A stretch of DNA of 32,000 nt from Candidatus Saccharimonadota bacterium (GCA_041661045.1 JBAZVE010000001.1:1-32000), one strand, 5' to 3'. Positions 17,553-26,669 are shown, counted from the stretch's first letter. The notes: generated by a model from the letters alone, not told the origin. A program made the numbers and translations.

Positions 17553-18482
17553 TTAGAATTTTCCTGCAATGATGGTGGAAACAAGGGCAAAGGCTCCATA
17601 GATCACAATGACGCCTATGACAGAGTTCATGATGATCTTTTTCGCAAGTCCGCTGCGTTCTTCATCCCCTCCCGCCGTGATATACAAAAGTCCTCCCGCC
17701 ACAATACCCAACATCATGATGGGTCCCACAAAAGAGACTACGATGTTGGTGACGGCCACCATTTGCTGCACTCCTTCGTTTTGATCCAGCACCACAATGG
17801 TTTTATCGGCCGATTGATTGAACTCCGCCACATAAAACACACGGCGAATCACCATGTCGGAGACCATGACCATCAAGAGACCCGCGGCGGAAAGTGCCAT
17901 GCTTTTCTTTGCATTGCCCACTTCTTCTTCGTTGTCTCCGGAAATCACCATTACGGCCCCGCTTCGAATAAAGAAGAGCGCTGCCAGTCCTCCGAGTAAA
18001 TATTTCACAAAAGTAATGATGAGGCGCGTGGTGTTGTCAAAAAGTTCCACTCGCTCCACCAGCTTTTCGGGGTCGGAGAGGAAGTTCCCTTCGCGGTAAT
18101 CGAAAACTTCCGCGATGGGGCCCGCAATACTGATCATCAAAAAGCCCACCAAACCATAGACCAGGGATTTCCTTTGGGTCTTGGCGGTCTCTTCGTTGTC
18201 TCCGGAAATCACCATGGTGAATCCTGAAACGACGATGAAAAGCAAGGCTACCGCCCCCACAATAATCCGTAGATTTCTGGCGACCGGCCCCAAAAGATTT
18301 TCGAATTTTTCGAGGGCCGTGTCCCCTTCCGGCGCGGGTAAGTCCAAATTTTCGGCGGAGGGTAAGGGCAAAAAGTCAGCCAAAGCGTGTGAAGCAGAAA
18401 ACACGAATATCCCCAAGAATAAGGCTAAAAGCAGACCTCCCATATGGATTTTTCCCAATCTTTTCATCCAAAGCTTTGCCAT
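17553..18482 (-). CDS. Membrane protein with signal peptide and three tandem TrbC/VirB2-like (T4SS_pilin-like) hairpin modules (paralog of 16581-17549)
   Basis: The signal peptide is GGLLLALFLGIFVFSASHALA. It has three TM-loop-TM units, with loops SGDNEETAKTQRKS, SGDNEEEVGNAKKS and AGGDEERSGLAKKI. Confidence 0.75.
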   Translation of the reverse strand: MAKLWMKRLGKIHMGGLLLALFLGIFVFSASHALADFLPLPSAENLDLPAPEGDTALEKFENLLGPVARNLRIIVGAVALLFIVVSGFTMVISGDNEETAKTQRKSLVYGLVGFLMISIAGPIAEVFDYREGNFLSDPEKLVERVELFDNTTRLIITFVKYLLGGLAALFFIRSGAVMVISGDNEEEVGNAKKSMALSAAGLLMVMVSDMVIRRVFYVAEFNQSADKTIVVLDQNEGVQQMVAVTNIVVSFVGPIMMLGIVAGGLLYITAGGDEERSGLAKKIIMNSVIGVIVIYGAFALVSTIIAGKF

Positions 18483-18502
18483 AAGTGGTTTTAAATCTCA
18501 TC

Positions 18503-18511
18503 ATTATACCA
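18503..18511 (-). promoter_or_regulatory. Extended -10 element (TGgTATAAT) upstream of the pilin-like/PKD operon
   Basis: The minus strand reads tggTATAAT, with the hexamer 20 nt upstream of the ATG at 18482. No good -35 element is present (TTTTCC at 17-nt spacing). Confidence 0.4.
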
Positions 18512-18534
18512 GAAAAACAGGTTTTGGAAAAGAC

Positions 18535-18563
18535 TTGCAAAGGAAGAAAGATTTGTTTAGACT
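18535..18563 (+). promoter_or_regulatory. Candidate sigma70-type promoter for secE-nusG
   Basis: It reads TTGCAA (18535-18540), a 17-nt spacer, then TAGACT (18558-18563). Confidence 0.4.
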
Positions 18564-18620
18564 GCTTCTAGACAAAAGACCGCAAGCTTTTTAGGCGAGT
18601 CACCCTCATTCATCAACACT

Positions 18621-18845
18621 ATGGCTGAAAAAACCACAAAAACACGATCCGGAAACCCTGTCGTTGCTTATTTCTCGAGTGCAATTGAGGAATTCAGCAA
18701 GGTGACTTGGCCCACAAAGGAACAAGCCGCTCTCCTCACCGGGATTGTGGTTGCGGTTTCTCTTGTGACCGCCATCCTGATTGGGGCCTTTGATTTGGGC
18801 CTTGCGGAACTTTATAAACTTGGACTTAAAGCCTTATCTCAATAA
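18621..18845 (+). CDS. secE: Preprotein translocase subunit SecE
   Basis: 74 aa. It has the EEFSKVTWPTKEQ motif followed by a single TM helix, and it lies immediately upstream of nusG. Confidence 0.85.
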   Translation: MAEKTTKTRSGNPVVAYFSSAIEEFSKVTWPTKEQAALLTGIVVAVSLVTAILIGAFDLGLAELYKLGLKALSQ

Positions 18846-18846
18846 C

Positions 18847-19395
18847 ATGGCAAAACAGGCAAGAAATACCGGACGAAATTGGTATGTTATTCATACTTAT
18901 AGCGGATATGAAGATGCGGTGCGAGAGGCTTTGCTCCAACGCATTGAATCCATGAACATGCAGGACAAGATTTTTGATGTGATTGTGCCTAAAGAAACTC
19001 AGATTGTGGTGAAGAAGGGTAAGCCAAAAACAGAGAAGAAACGGCTTTTCCCCGGGTATGTGCTCGTGGATATGACGGTGGATGACGAATCTTGGTATGT
19101 GGTGCGAAACACTCCCAATGTGACCGGGTTCGTGGGCAGCGGAACTATTCCCGTTCCTGTTTCCGGAGAAGAATTTGGAGTGATCCAACGCTACCTGGAA
19201 GACGACAACGCGCCTAAATTTAAGATTACACTCAGCAAGAGTGACTTGGTTATGGTTCTGGATGGACCGTTTGCAGGCTATGAAGGGGTTGTGAATGAAA
19301 TTGATGATGAAAAGGGTAAAGTGAAAGTCATGATCTCCATCTTTGGCCGTGAGACTCCTGTTGAACTTGATTTTGACCAGGTAAAGAAGAAGTAA
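18847..19395 (+). CDS. nusG: Transcription termination/antitermination factor NusG
   Basis: The NGN domain starts WYVIHTYSGYE and includes FPGYVLVDM. The KOW domain contains GPFAGYEGVV. ATG 18847 is used rather than the track start at 18781, which overlaps secE. Confidence 0.9.
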   Translation: MAKQARNTGRNWYVIHTYSGYEDAVREALLQRIESMNMQDKIFDVIVPKETQIVVKKGKPKTEKKRLFPGYVLVDMTVDDESWYVVRNTPNVTGFVGSGTIPVPVSGEEFGVIQRYLEDDNAPKFKITLSKSDLVMVLDGPFAGYEGVVNEIDDEKGKVKVMISIFGRETPVELDFDQVKKK

Positions 19396-19464
19396 AGTTG
19401 ATGTTGCTTGCGCCAGTTTTTAATAGGCACTGAAGTGCCTGGCCTCCGCTCCGCTGCGGCTTGT

Positions 19465-20091
19465 ATGCAGAAACTCACCCTCTTCTCGGTTCTGCTTTCC
19501 ATCTCCGTGATTCTTATTGTGGGAGATATTGTGGTGCACGATTATTTGGCCACTCCCCCTCCTGTGGAAGGCACACCAGAAAATCCTGTTGAGGAATTGA
19601 ACCCCGATGAAGAAGCTTCGGTGGATTTGGCGGATGAAGCGCTCCCTATTGTTTTGGAGTCCACCCTGAGTTCCGGACTCTTTACTCAAGCCGGCTTTTT
19701 AAATCCCGTCCTTAAAGACACACTCTTTTCCGGTTTGGTTTTCCAGTTTATATCTTTTGCAGATCAAGAAACGGCCACCGTCTACCAATGGAATGTTTTC
19801 GATGGTGAACAATTTATTGGTTCAATATATGAAATCAAGTACCCCACGGAGACGGGAAGTTTCCAGGGTTACCTGGCCCTTCGTGAACGAGCCATGAGCC
19901 TCACCGACTTGGGGTCCGTGAATGAAGTGAACAATTATGGGGATGCTTCTTTTTACTTCAATCATAAGACTAAAATGAAGACGGTTCATGTGATTCTTCG
20001 CACCGGATCCGATGTCTATGGCTTTGAATACGCGCAAACTTATCACGAAAACATGAAAAATGTGTTTGACAGCCTCAGTCCTCTTCTGTAG
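19465..20091 (+). CDS. Hypothetical N-terminally anchored protein inserted between nusG and rplK
   Basis: It begins MQKLTLFSVLLSISVILIVGDIVV (a TM anchor) and is followed by an acidic linker. I recognise no family. ATG 19465 is preferred over the track start at 19408. Confidence 0.5.
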   Translation: MQKLTLFSVLLSISVILIVGDIVVHDYLATPPPVEGTPENPVEELNPDEEASVDLADEALPIVLESTLSSGLFTQAGFLNPVLKDTLFSGLVFQFISFADQETATVYQWNVFDGEQFIGSIYEIKYPTETGSFQGYLALRERAMSLTDLGSVNEVNNYGDASFYFNHKTKMKTVHVILRTGSDVYGFEYAQTYHENMKNVFDSLSPLL

Positions 20092-20139
20092 AATCGGCGA
20101 GCTTTTAGGTGGCGAGAGCCCCAACAACCTTCTCTAAAT

Positions 20140-20568
20140 ATGGCAGCTAAGAAAATTCAAGCCATTGTCAAATTGCAGATTAATGCCGGTAAGGCCAACC
20201 CTGCGCCTCCCGTTGGAACCGCTCTAGGACCACACGGAGTGAATTTGCAGGATTTCTGTGGAAAGTTCAATGAGATCACTCGCCCTATGGGAGATACGGT
20301 GGTTCCTTGTGTCATTACTATTTATGATGACCGAAGCTTCACATTCATCACCAAACAACCTCCTGCTGCAACCTTGATCAAAAAGGCCATCAGCTTGGAG
20401 AAAGGGTCTGCGGTTCCTCACAAAGATAAGGTTGGAACCATCAACAAGGCTCAATTGGAAGAAATTGCAAAGATTAAGATGGAAGACCTCAATGCCAATG
20501 ACATTGATGCCGCGATGAAGATTATGGCGGGCACTGCTCGCAGCATGGGAGTAAAAGTAGAATGGTAA
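20140..20568 (+). CDS. rplK: 50S ribosomal protein L11
   Basis: It reads [30 protein letters not shown]-like and matches L11 over its full length. Confidence 0.95.
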   Translation: MAAKKIQAIVKLQINAGKANPAPPVGTALGPHGVNLQDFCGKFNEITRPMGDTVVPCVITIYDDRSFTFITKQPPAATLIKKAISLEKGSAVPHKDKVGTINKAQLEEIAKIKMEDLNANDIDAAMKIMAGTARSMGVKVEW

Positions 20569-20661
20569 TACTCGCCAAAGGCGAGTGTCCCTGTTGGTTT
20601 CATATTAAACAGTGGGAGTTTCATCTGATGTGAAACGTTTGCACCACATAACCCCTAAGAC

Positions 20662-21360
20662 ATGTCACACGGAAAAAAGTACCGAGATGCTCTCGGCAAA
20701 GTAGACCAAAACAAGCGCTACTCTTTAGAGGAGGCCGCTCAACTGGTTAAAGAGGTTTCTACCAGCAAGTTTGATGGAAGTGTTGAGATTCATCTCAATT
20801 TGGGAATAGACACCACTCAAGCGGAGCAACAGCTTCGTTCCACGGTGAGTCTCCCCCACGGTACCGGTAAAAAAGTTCGTGTGATTGCGATTGTGAGTGA
20901 AGACCGCGTGAAAGAAGCACTGGCGGCCGGTGCAGTGGAAGCGGGTGGAGATGAGCTCATTGAAAAGATTGAAAAAGGATGGTTGGACTTTGATGTCGCC
21001 GTTTCTACTCCTGATATGATGAAGAATTTGGCCAAAGTTGCCAGGCAGCTTGGTCAGGCCGGACTTATGCCCAACCCTAAATCCGGAACGGTCACTCCAG
21101 ACATTGGACCTAAAATCGGAGAAGTACTCAAAGGACAAGTGGAATTCCGCAATGATAAGCTTGGAAATTTGCATAACAGCATTGGAAAAGTTTCTTTCAG
21201 CGCTGAGCAAATCAAAGAAAATGCTGCCGCTTACCTTAAAGCGGTGAACGAAAAGCGACCTGCCTCCATCAAGGGAAACTTCATCAATTCCATCACTCTC
21301 AGCCCTTCCATGGGACCTGCAGTTAAAGTGACGGTGAATGAAACCTTGAGCGCGCTTTAG
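20662..21360 (+). CDS. rplA: 50S ribosomal protein L1
   Basis: It reads KKYRDA...FDGSVEIHLNLGID....LPHGTGK and matches L1 over its full length. Confidence 0.95.
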   Translation: MSHGKKYRDALGKVDQNKRYSLEEAAQLVKEVSTSKFDGSVEIHLNLGIDTTQAEQQLRSTVSLPHGTGKKVRVIAIVSEDRVKEALAAGAVEAGGDELIEKIEKGWLDFDVAVSTPDMMKNLAKVARQLGQAGLMPNPKSGTVTPDIGPKIGEVLKGQVEFRNDKLGNLHNSIGKVSFSAEQIKENAAAYLKAVNEKRPASIKGNFINSITLSPSMGPAVKVTVNETLSAL

Positions 21361-21839
21361 TACCGCGGCGTCAACGCTTGAGCAAGTCTTGCTACGAGTT
21401 CGTTTTCACTGTTCCCCACAATAAGTTTCCCTTCTCCTAGGTCTGTTTGTGTATGAAGCACAAGATTGTAGGCGAAGTCCTCGTTCCAGTTTTCGCTGCC
21501 AATGTCTTCGAATTCTAAGATGAAGGTGGTTTTGCTTCCCATCCTTGTAATGAAGAGCTTTGGTTTTTGTGATGGCGCCCCTCTTTGAAGGGCAACAATG
21601 GCCGGTGCTAGTGTATTGAGTTTTCTTGCCAAGGATTCGAGCACTGCTTCTTGGAGTATCCTTGCTTTGTTTTCCTCACACTCCAGTGACTCTTCTGCAC
21701 ATGCGGCGTCCATTGCCTTCCTTGCTATCTGCTCCTTTTCTTCTTCAAAGTCGCTGACTGGTGCAGGCCGAGGAGTTACATAGCTGGGTTTCAAGAATAA
21801 GGCGGCACCGAGGGCGAGACTGGAGAAATGCCTGGACAT
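21357..21839 (-). CDS. Hypothetical protein (160 aa), weak signal-like N-terminus
   Basis: This is a convergent ORF whose stop overlaps the rplA stop by 4 nt. I recognise no motif. Confidence 0.45.
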   Translation of the reverse strand: MSRHFSSLALGAALFLKPSYVTPRPAPVSDFEEEKEQIARKAMDAACAEESLECEENKARILQEAVLESLARKLNTLAPAIVALQRGAPSQKPKLFITRMGSKTTFILEFEDIGSENWNEDFAYNLVLHTQTDLGEGKLIVGNSENELVARLAQALTPRY

Positions 21840-21944
21840 TGGATGGGGTTATGGACAGATCATCCGTTTAAATTATAGGGTATAAATGTTTTTTGTCAAA
21901 GCTTAAGCCTCGTTTTGCAGATGGGGCGAGGGTAAGATGGGGAC

Positions 21945-22376
21945 ATGTTGAAAGTTCGAATCCAAAGAGTCGATAAAGGGCTTCCACTGCCTGTTTATGA
22001 GACGCAAGGCAGTGTGGGGTTTGATTTGTTGGCGCGGGAAACGGTGTGTGTGGAGCCGGGACGGATTGAGCTTATTCCCGCCAATGCGATTGTGGAGGTT
22101 CCCGAGGGTTATATGTTGATGGTGGCCTCCCGCAGCAGCACCCCAAAAAAGAAAGGGCTCACTCCCCCGCATGGATTCGGCGTAATCGATCGGGATTACT
22201 GTGGTCCTCAAGATGAGATCAAAATTCAGGTTTATAATTTTTCAGATGCAGCGGTGACCGTGGAACGGGGTGAAAAGATCGCCCAAGGAGTTTTTGTGCG
22301 TGTGGATCGCTTTGAATTTGAGGAGGTGGATAGCATCCGCGAAGACAGCCGCGGCGGGTTTGGGAGTACGGGGTGA
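21945..22376 (+). CDS. dut: dUTP diphosphatase
   Basis: Motifs are GSVGFDL, SRSS, GVIDRDY and C-terminal RGGFGSTG. It ends with TGA. Confidence 0.9.
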   Translation: MLKVRIQRVDKGLPLPVYETQGSVGFDLLARETVCVEPGRIELIPANAIVEVPEGYMLMVASRSSTPKKKGLTPPHGFGVIDRDYCGPQDEIKIQVYNFSDAAVTVERGEKIAQGVFVRVDRFEFEEVDSIREDSRGGFGSTG

Positions 22377-22999
22377 AAACTAATAAGAAAATTATGCTGA
22401 TTACACTTTACGGAATCAATAATATTGGGAAAAGCACGCAGGCTTTGCGGCTGGTGGAACGGCTGAGGGCGGCGGGGTGGGATGCGGTGTATTGCAAGTA
22501 TCCGGTTTATGAAATGGAGCCCACGGGGCGTTATTTGAATGAGTTTTTAAGGAGTGGTGGTGCGCAGACTATCAGTGAGGAGGAATTACAAATGTGGTTC
22601 ACTTTGAATCGTTATCAATTTCAGCCCACGCTGCAGAAGTGGCTCGCGGAGGGGAAAATTGTGGTAGCGGAGGATTATACGGGGACCGGCATTGCGTGGG
22701 GTACGGTGAAGGGAGCCAAAACAGAGTGGCTGGAGACCTTGAATGAAGGACTGGTGAAAGAAGATCTCGCCCTTTTACTTGATGGGGATCGGTTTACCAA
22801 GGCACAAGAAGAGGGGCATTTGCATGAAGCGAATGAAGCCTTTATGAAACGGGCGCGACAGATCCATTTGGAGTTGGGAGAAAAATATGGCTGGATTCAT
22901 GTTCCCGTTGAACCCGGTATCGAAAAAACGGAACTCTTGATTTGGGAGGAGGTGCAGTCTAGAATAGGATCTCCAACAACCCATGGCACTAATCCTTGA
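22373..22999 (+). CDS. tmk: Thymidylate kinase-like nucleotide kinase
   Basis: The P-loop is YGINNIGKST and the size is about 200 aa. Its GTG start overlaps the dut stop (GTGA); an alternative ATG lies at 22394. The sequence diverges from canonical Tmk. Confidence 0.6.
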   Translation: MKTNKKIMLITLYGINNIGKSTQALRLVERLRAAGWDAVYCKYPVYEMEPTGRYLNEFLRSGGAQTISEEELQMWFTLNRYQFQPTLQKWLAEGKIVVAEDYTGTGIAWGTVKGAKTEWLETLNEGLVKEDLALLLDGDRFTKAQEEGHLHEANEAFMKRARQIHLELGEKYGWIHVPVEPGIEKTELLIWEEVQSRIGSPTTHGTNP

Positions 23000-23840
23000 T
23001 GGTCGTACGGTTTCCGATTCTCTGCTCGCTGAGGTGAGCCAAGAAGTGGAACGCCTAAAAGCCCAAGGAGTTTTTACAAAGTTGGTGGTTGTGGTGGTGG
23101 GAGAAGATCCCGCCAGCCAGGTTTATGTTGGGAAAAAAGAGGAGGCTTGTAAACGAGTCGGCATGCTGAGTGAACGAGTGGCTTTGCCCGCAGAGAGCAC
23201 TCAAGAAGAGGTGCTCAAGAAAATCGATGAACTCAATAAAGACCCCAGTGTAACAGGGATGATTGTGCAATTGCCACTCCCCTCCCACATGGATGCTCCG
23301 GTGGTGATCAAGGCCATTGATCCTTACAAAGATGTGGATGGCTTTCATGCCTACAATGTGGGGAAAATGTTTTTGAGTAAAGATTTTGAAGACCTGGCTT
23401 CTTGTACGCCAAAAGGGATCACTAAGATTTTGGATTTTTACGGGATTGATGTGAAAGGAATGGATTGCACGGTGATTGGCCGCAGCAATATTGTGGGAAA
23501 GCCGATGGTTGCCATGCTCATCAATCGGGATGCCACGGTTTCCTGCTGTCATAGTCGAACAAAAAATTTACTCAAGTATACGCAGGAGGCGGATTTGATT
23601 GTGGTTGCGGTTGGAAAGCCGAAATTTTTGACCGCAGATATGGTTAAAGAAGGGGCTATTGTGGTGGATGTGGGCATGCACCGGATGGAAGATGGAAAAC
23701 TCTGTGGAGATGCGGATTTGGAAGGGATGAAAGACAAGGTTTCTGCGTATACTCCCGTCCCCGGTGGCGTGGGTCCCATGACGGTGGCTTGTCTGCTCAT
23801 GAACACCGTGACAGCTGCTAAAAAACAAGCTAAACTCTAA
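22983..23840 (+). CDS. folD: Bifunctional methylenetetrahydrofolate dehydrogenase/methenyltetrahydrofolate cyclohydrolase
   Basis: Motifs are VGEDPASQVYVGKK, QLPLP, GRSNIVGKPM and PVPGGVGPMT. Confidence 0.9.
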   Translation: MALILDGRTVSDSLLAEVSQEVERLKAQGVFTKLVVVVVGEDPASQVYVGKKEEACKRVGMLSERVALPAESTQEEVLKKIDELNKDPSVTGMIVQLPLPSHMDAPVVIKAIDPYKDVDGFHAYNVGKMFLSKDFEDLASCTPKGITKILDFYGIDVKGMDCTVIGRSNIVGKPMVAMLINRDATVSCCHSRTKNLLKYTQEADLIVVAVGKPKFLTADMVKEGAIVVDVGMHRMEDGKLCGDADLEGMKDKVSAYTPVPGGVGPMTVACLLMNTVTAAKKQAKL

Positions 23841-23844
23841 ACCT

Positions 23845-25356
23845 ATGTGCGGAATCATCGGCATCCATTCCAAGTCCCCGGTCGCTCAAGAGCTCTATGA
23901 TGGGCTCATGATGCTTCAACACCGTGGACAAGATGCGGCGGGAATGGTGAGCTTTGATGGACGGCAACTCCACATTAAAAAAGGAGATGGCCTTGCGAGT
24001 GATGTTTTTAAAGCCGAGGATTTTTTACGATTGCGAGGCAATACGGGTATGGCGCATGTGCGCTACCCCACCGCCGGGACTTATGACAGTGCCGAGGCTC
24101 AGCCTTTTTATGTGAATGCCCCCTTTGGAATCGCGCTGATTCACAATGGAAACTTAACCAATACCAAAGAGCTTCGTGAAGAAGTGGTGAAAAACAACCA
24201 CCGTCATCTCAATACTTTTTCAGATTCAGAAGTGCTTTTGAATGTCCTCGCGTATGAAATTGAATCTTTGGGTACTCGGGATTTGACTCCCGAGGGACTC
24301 TTTAAGGCTATGGAAAAAGTTTATGGGCGGGTGAAGGGAGCTTATGCGGTTATTGCCCTCATTGCGGGCTATGGCCTCTTGGCTTTCCGCGACCCCAACG
24401 CCATCCGCCCTCTTGTGATGGGCACCCGAAAAGATGATCTTTTCCCCGATACCGTTTTTGCCTCCGAAAGTGTGGCCTTGGATGTGCTCGGTTATGAACT
24501 GGTGCGAGATGTCAAACCGGGAGAAGCTGTTTTTGTGGATTTGAAGGGTCAGGTGCACAGCAAGATCTGTGCCAAAAATCCTGTCTACAATCCTTGTATC
24601 TTTGAATATGTGTACTTTGCACGACCGGATTCTTTGATTGATGATATTTCTGTTTATAAGACTCGACTTCGCATGGGGGAAAAATTGGCAAAGAAGATCA
24701 AAGCCGCCAATATTGAGATCGATGTGGTGATTCCCGTGCCCAGCACCTCTCGTCACTCTGCGGCCCCTTTGGCGTATGAATTGGGCGTGAAGTACCGCGA
24801 AGGATTGGTCAAGAACCGCTATGTGGGTCGTACTTTTATTATGCCTGGGCAGAACAAACGACAAACTTCGATTCGTCGCAAGCTCAACCCCATCCGACTT
24901 GAGATTGAAGGAAAAAATGTTTTACTGGTGGACGACTCCATCGTGCGAGGGAATACTTCCAGAAAAATCGTTCAAATGGTGAGAGAAATGGGTGCTAAGA
25001 AAGTCTATTTTGCTTCGTGCGCCGCGCCGCTTCGTCATCCGTGTGTGTATGGAATCGATATGCCATCTCGTAAAGAATTTGTGGCCAACAATTTAACCGT
25101 TGAAGAAACGGCCCGCTCTTTGGGAGCGGATGGACTTTTCTACCAAGAATTGGAAGACTTGGCGGAGGCGGTACGAGAAGGAAATCCCACCATCGACCGA
25201 TTTTGTATGGCGTGTTTTGACGGGAAGTACCCCACCCCCGATGTCACGGAGGAAGTCTTGCGAGCCGCGGAAGAAAGCCGCAGTGGTGTATACAAAGAAA
25301 TTCGCAAGGATCTCCAAGATCCCGAAGAGCAAGAAAATCAAATCCCCCTTATTTAA
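23845..25356 (+). CDS. purF: Amidophosphoribosyltransferase
   Basis: It has the MCGIIGI Ntn nucleophile, RGQDAAG and the PRTase motif VLLVDDSIVRGNTS. Confidence 0.95.
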   Translation: MCGIIGIHSKSPVAQELYDGLMMLQHRGQDAAGMVSFDGRQLHIKKGDGLASDVFKAEDFLRLRGNTGMAHVRYPTAGTYDSAEAQPFYVNAPFGIALIHNGNLTNTKELREEVVKNNHRHLNTFSDSEVLLNVLAYEIESLGTRDLTPEGLFKAMEKVYGRVKGAYAVIALIAGYGLLAFRDPNAIRPLVMGTRKDDLFPDTVFASESVALDVLGYELVRDVKPGEAVFVDLKGQVHSKICAKNPVYNPCIFEYVYFARPDSLIDDISVYKTRLRMGEKLAKKIKAANIEIDVVIPVPSTSRHSAAPLAYELGVKYREGLVKNRYVGRTFIMPGQNKRQTSIRRKLNPIRLEIEGKNVLLVDDSIVRGNTSRKIVQMVREMGAKKVYFASCAAPLRHPCVYGIDMPSRKEFVANNLTVEETARSLGADGLFYQELEDLAEAVREGNPTIDRFCMACFDGKYPTPDVTEEVLRAAEESRSGVYKEIRKDLQDPEEQENQIPLI

Positions 25357-26669
25357 TGAAGCGAATTGTGCTCATTGGAAACGGTGCCAGGGAACACTGC
25401 ATCGCCGAAACCTTGAAGCGAAGTCCTCAAGGGTGCGAACTGGGTGTTTTTGCAAGTGCCATGAATCCGGGAATTTCCGGATTGGCATCCGTTTATGAAC
25501 TCACGGATTCTTTGCTCAATTTTGAAGCCCTGAAAAAATTTGCGTCGGAGTTTAAGCCGGATTTTGCGGTGATCGGCCCGGATGATCCCATTGCCGCGGG
25601 TGCGGCGGATGCTTTGCTGGACCTTGGAATTCAGAGCGTTGCCCCTTTAAAAGTTTTGGCACAAGTGGAAAGTTCCAAGGCCTTTGCCCGAGAACTTTTG
25701 CTTAAGTATGGCATTCCGGGTAATCCAAAATTTCGTGTTTTTAGCAATGAAGAAGGGATGCTTACTTATATGCAAGAGCTTGGAGAGTATGTGGTGAAGG
25801 CCGATGGACTCATGGGTGGCAAGGGTGTGCAGGTATCGGGTGAACATCTAAAAACTTTTGAAGAAGGTGTTGCTTTTGCGCTGGCGTGCATCGAAAAATT
25901 TGGCCGTGTGGTGGTGGAAGAAAAATTTGTGGGAGAAGAATTTTCTTTGATGAGTTTTGTTTCGGGCACTCAAGTGGTGGATATGCCCGCAGCGCAGGAC
26001 CATAAACGCGCTTACGAAGGGGACAGCGGTCCCAACACTGGTGGCATGGGTACCATTGGAGACATCGATCACTCCCTTCCCTTTTTGAAACCCAGCGACT
26101 TGCAGGCCGCTCATGAAATCACGGTTGCCGTGGCTTCAGCGCTGCTCAAAGAAACGGGTAAGCCTTACAAAGGAATTCTTTATGGAGGTTTTATGGCGGT
26201 GAAAGATGGCGTACGACTTATTGAATACAATGCACGGTTTGGAGACCCCGAAACCATGAATGTCTTGCCGCTGCTCCGCAGTGATTTTATTGCACTGTGT
26301 GAAGGGATTTTAGCGGGCAATTTGGATGAAGTCCCCGTTGAGTTTGAGAAGAAAGCGACTGTAGTAAAATATGTGTGTCCGGAGGGCTATCCCGTGAATC
26401 CAAAGAAAGGTGAGCGCATTGAACTCGGCCCTGTCCCTGAGGGTGTGAAGGTCTACTATGCCTCCGTGGACAAACGGGACGATGGACTCTTTTTACTTGG
26501 TTCCCGTGGCGTGGCCTTTGTGGGCATTGGCGACTCCCTTGCGGAGGCTGAAGCCTTGGCAGAACAAGCAGCGGCCGCTGTGAAGGGGCCTGTATTCCAT
26601 CGTCGTGATATTGGAACCGCCGCGCTTACTCAAAAACGGGTGGATCACATGCGGGACCTACGAGGTTGA
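25356..26669 (+). CDS. purD: Phosphoribosylamine--glycine ligase
   Basis: Motifs are VLIGNGAREH, the ATP-grasp VVKADGLMGGKGV, and GPNTGGMG. Its start overlaps the purF stop (TAATG). Confidence 0.95.
   Translation: MKRIVLIGNGAREHCIAETLKRSPQGCELGVFASAMNPGISGLASVYELTDSLLNFEALKKFASEFKPDFAVIGPDDPIAAGAADALLDLGIQSVAPLKVLAQVESSKAFARELLLKYGIPGNPKFRVFSNEEGMLTYMQELGEYVVKADGLMGGKGVQVSGEHLKTFEEGVAFALACIEKFGRVVVEEKFVGEEFSLMSFVSGTQVVDMPAAQDHKRAYEGDSGPNTGGMGTIGDIDHSLPFLKPSDLQAAHEITVAVASALLKETGKPYKGILYGGFMAVKDGVRLIEYNARFGDPETMNVLPLLRSDFIALCEGILAGNLDEVPVEFEKKATVVKYVCPEGYPVNPKKGERIELGPVPEGVKVYYASVDKRDDGLFLLGSRGVAFVGIGDSLAEAEALAEQAAAAVKGPVFHRRDIGTAALTQKRVDHMRDLRG

Noticed and set aside
9442-18482. Calling the operon a type IV secretion or conjugation system
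   Set aside because: Only pilin-like hairpins are present. No VirB4, VirD4, VirB6, relaxase or other T4SS component lies in the operon or on either flank, so the T4SS label is not supported by this window.
11582-18594. Many plus-strand ORFs (for example 14819-15763 at 314 aa and 17190-17999 at 269 aa) opposite the PKD and pilin-like genes
   Set aside because: All lie antisense to long ORFs with strong repeat and domain signatures. They are His/Arg/Gly/Phe-rich and lack motifs, so they are shadow ORFs of an acidic, Thr/Val/Asp-rich coding strand.
20569-20661. rplK-rplA intergenic hairpins (ctcgcc-aaa-ggcgag at 20571-20585, and gtttca...tgaaac) as an L1-binding autoregulatory leader
   Set aside because: The hairpins are real, but I cannot match them to the L1 rRNA-mimic motif from memory. 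This needs a covariance-model search before any call.
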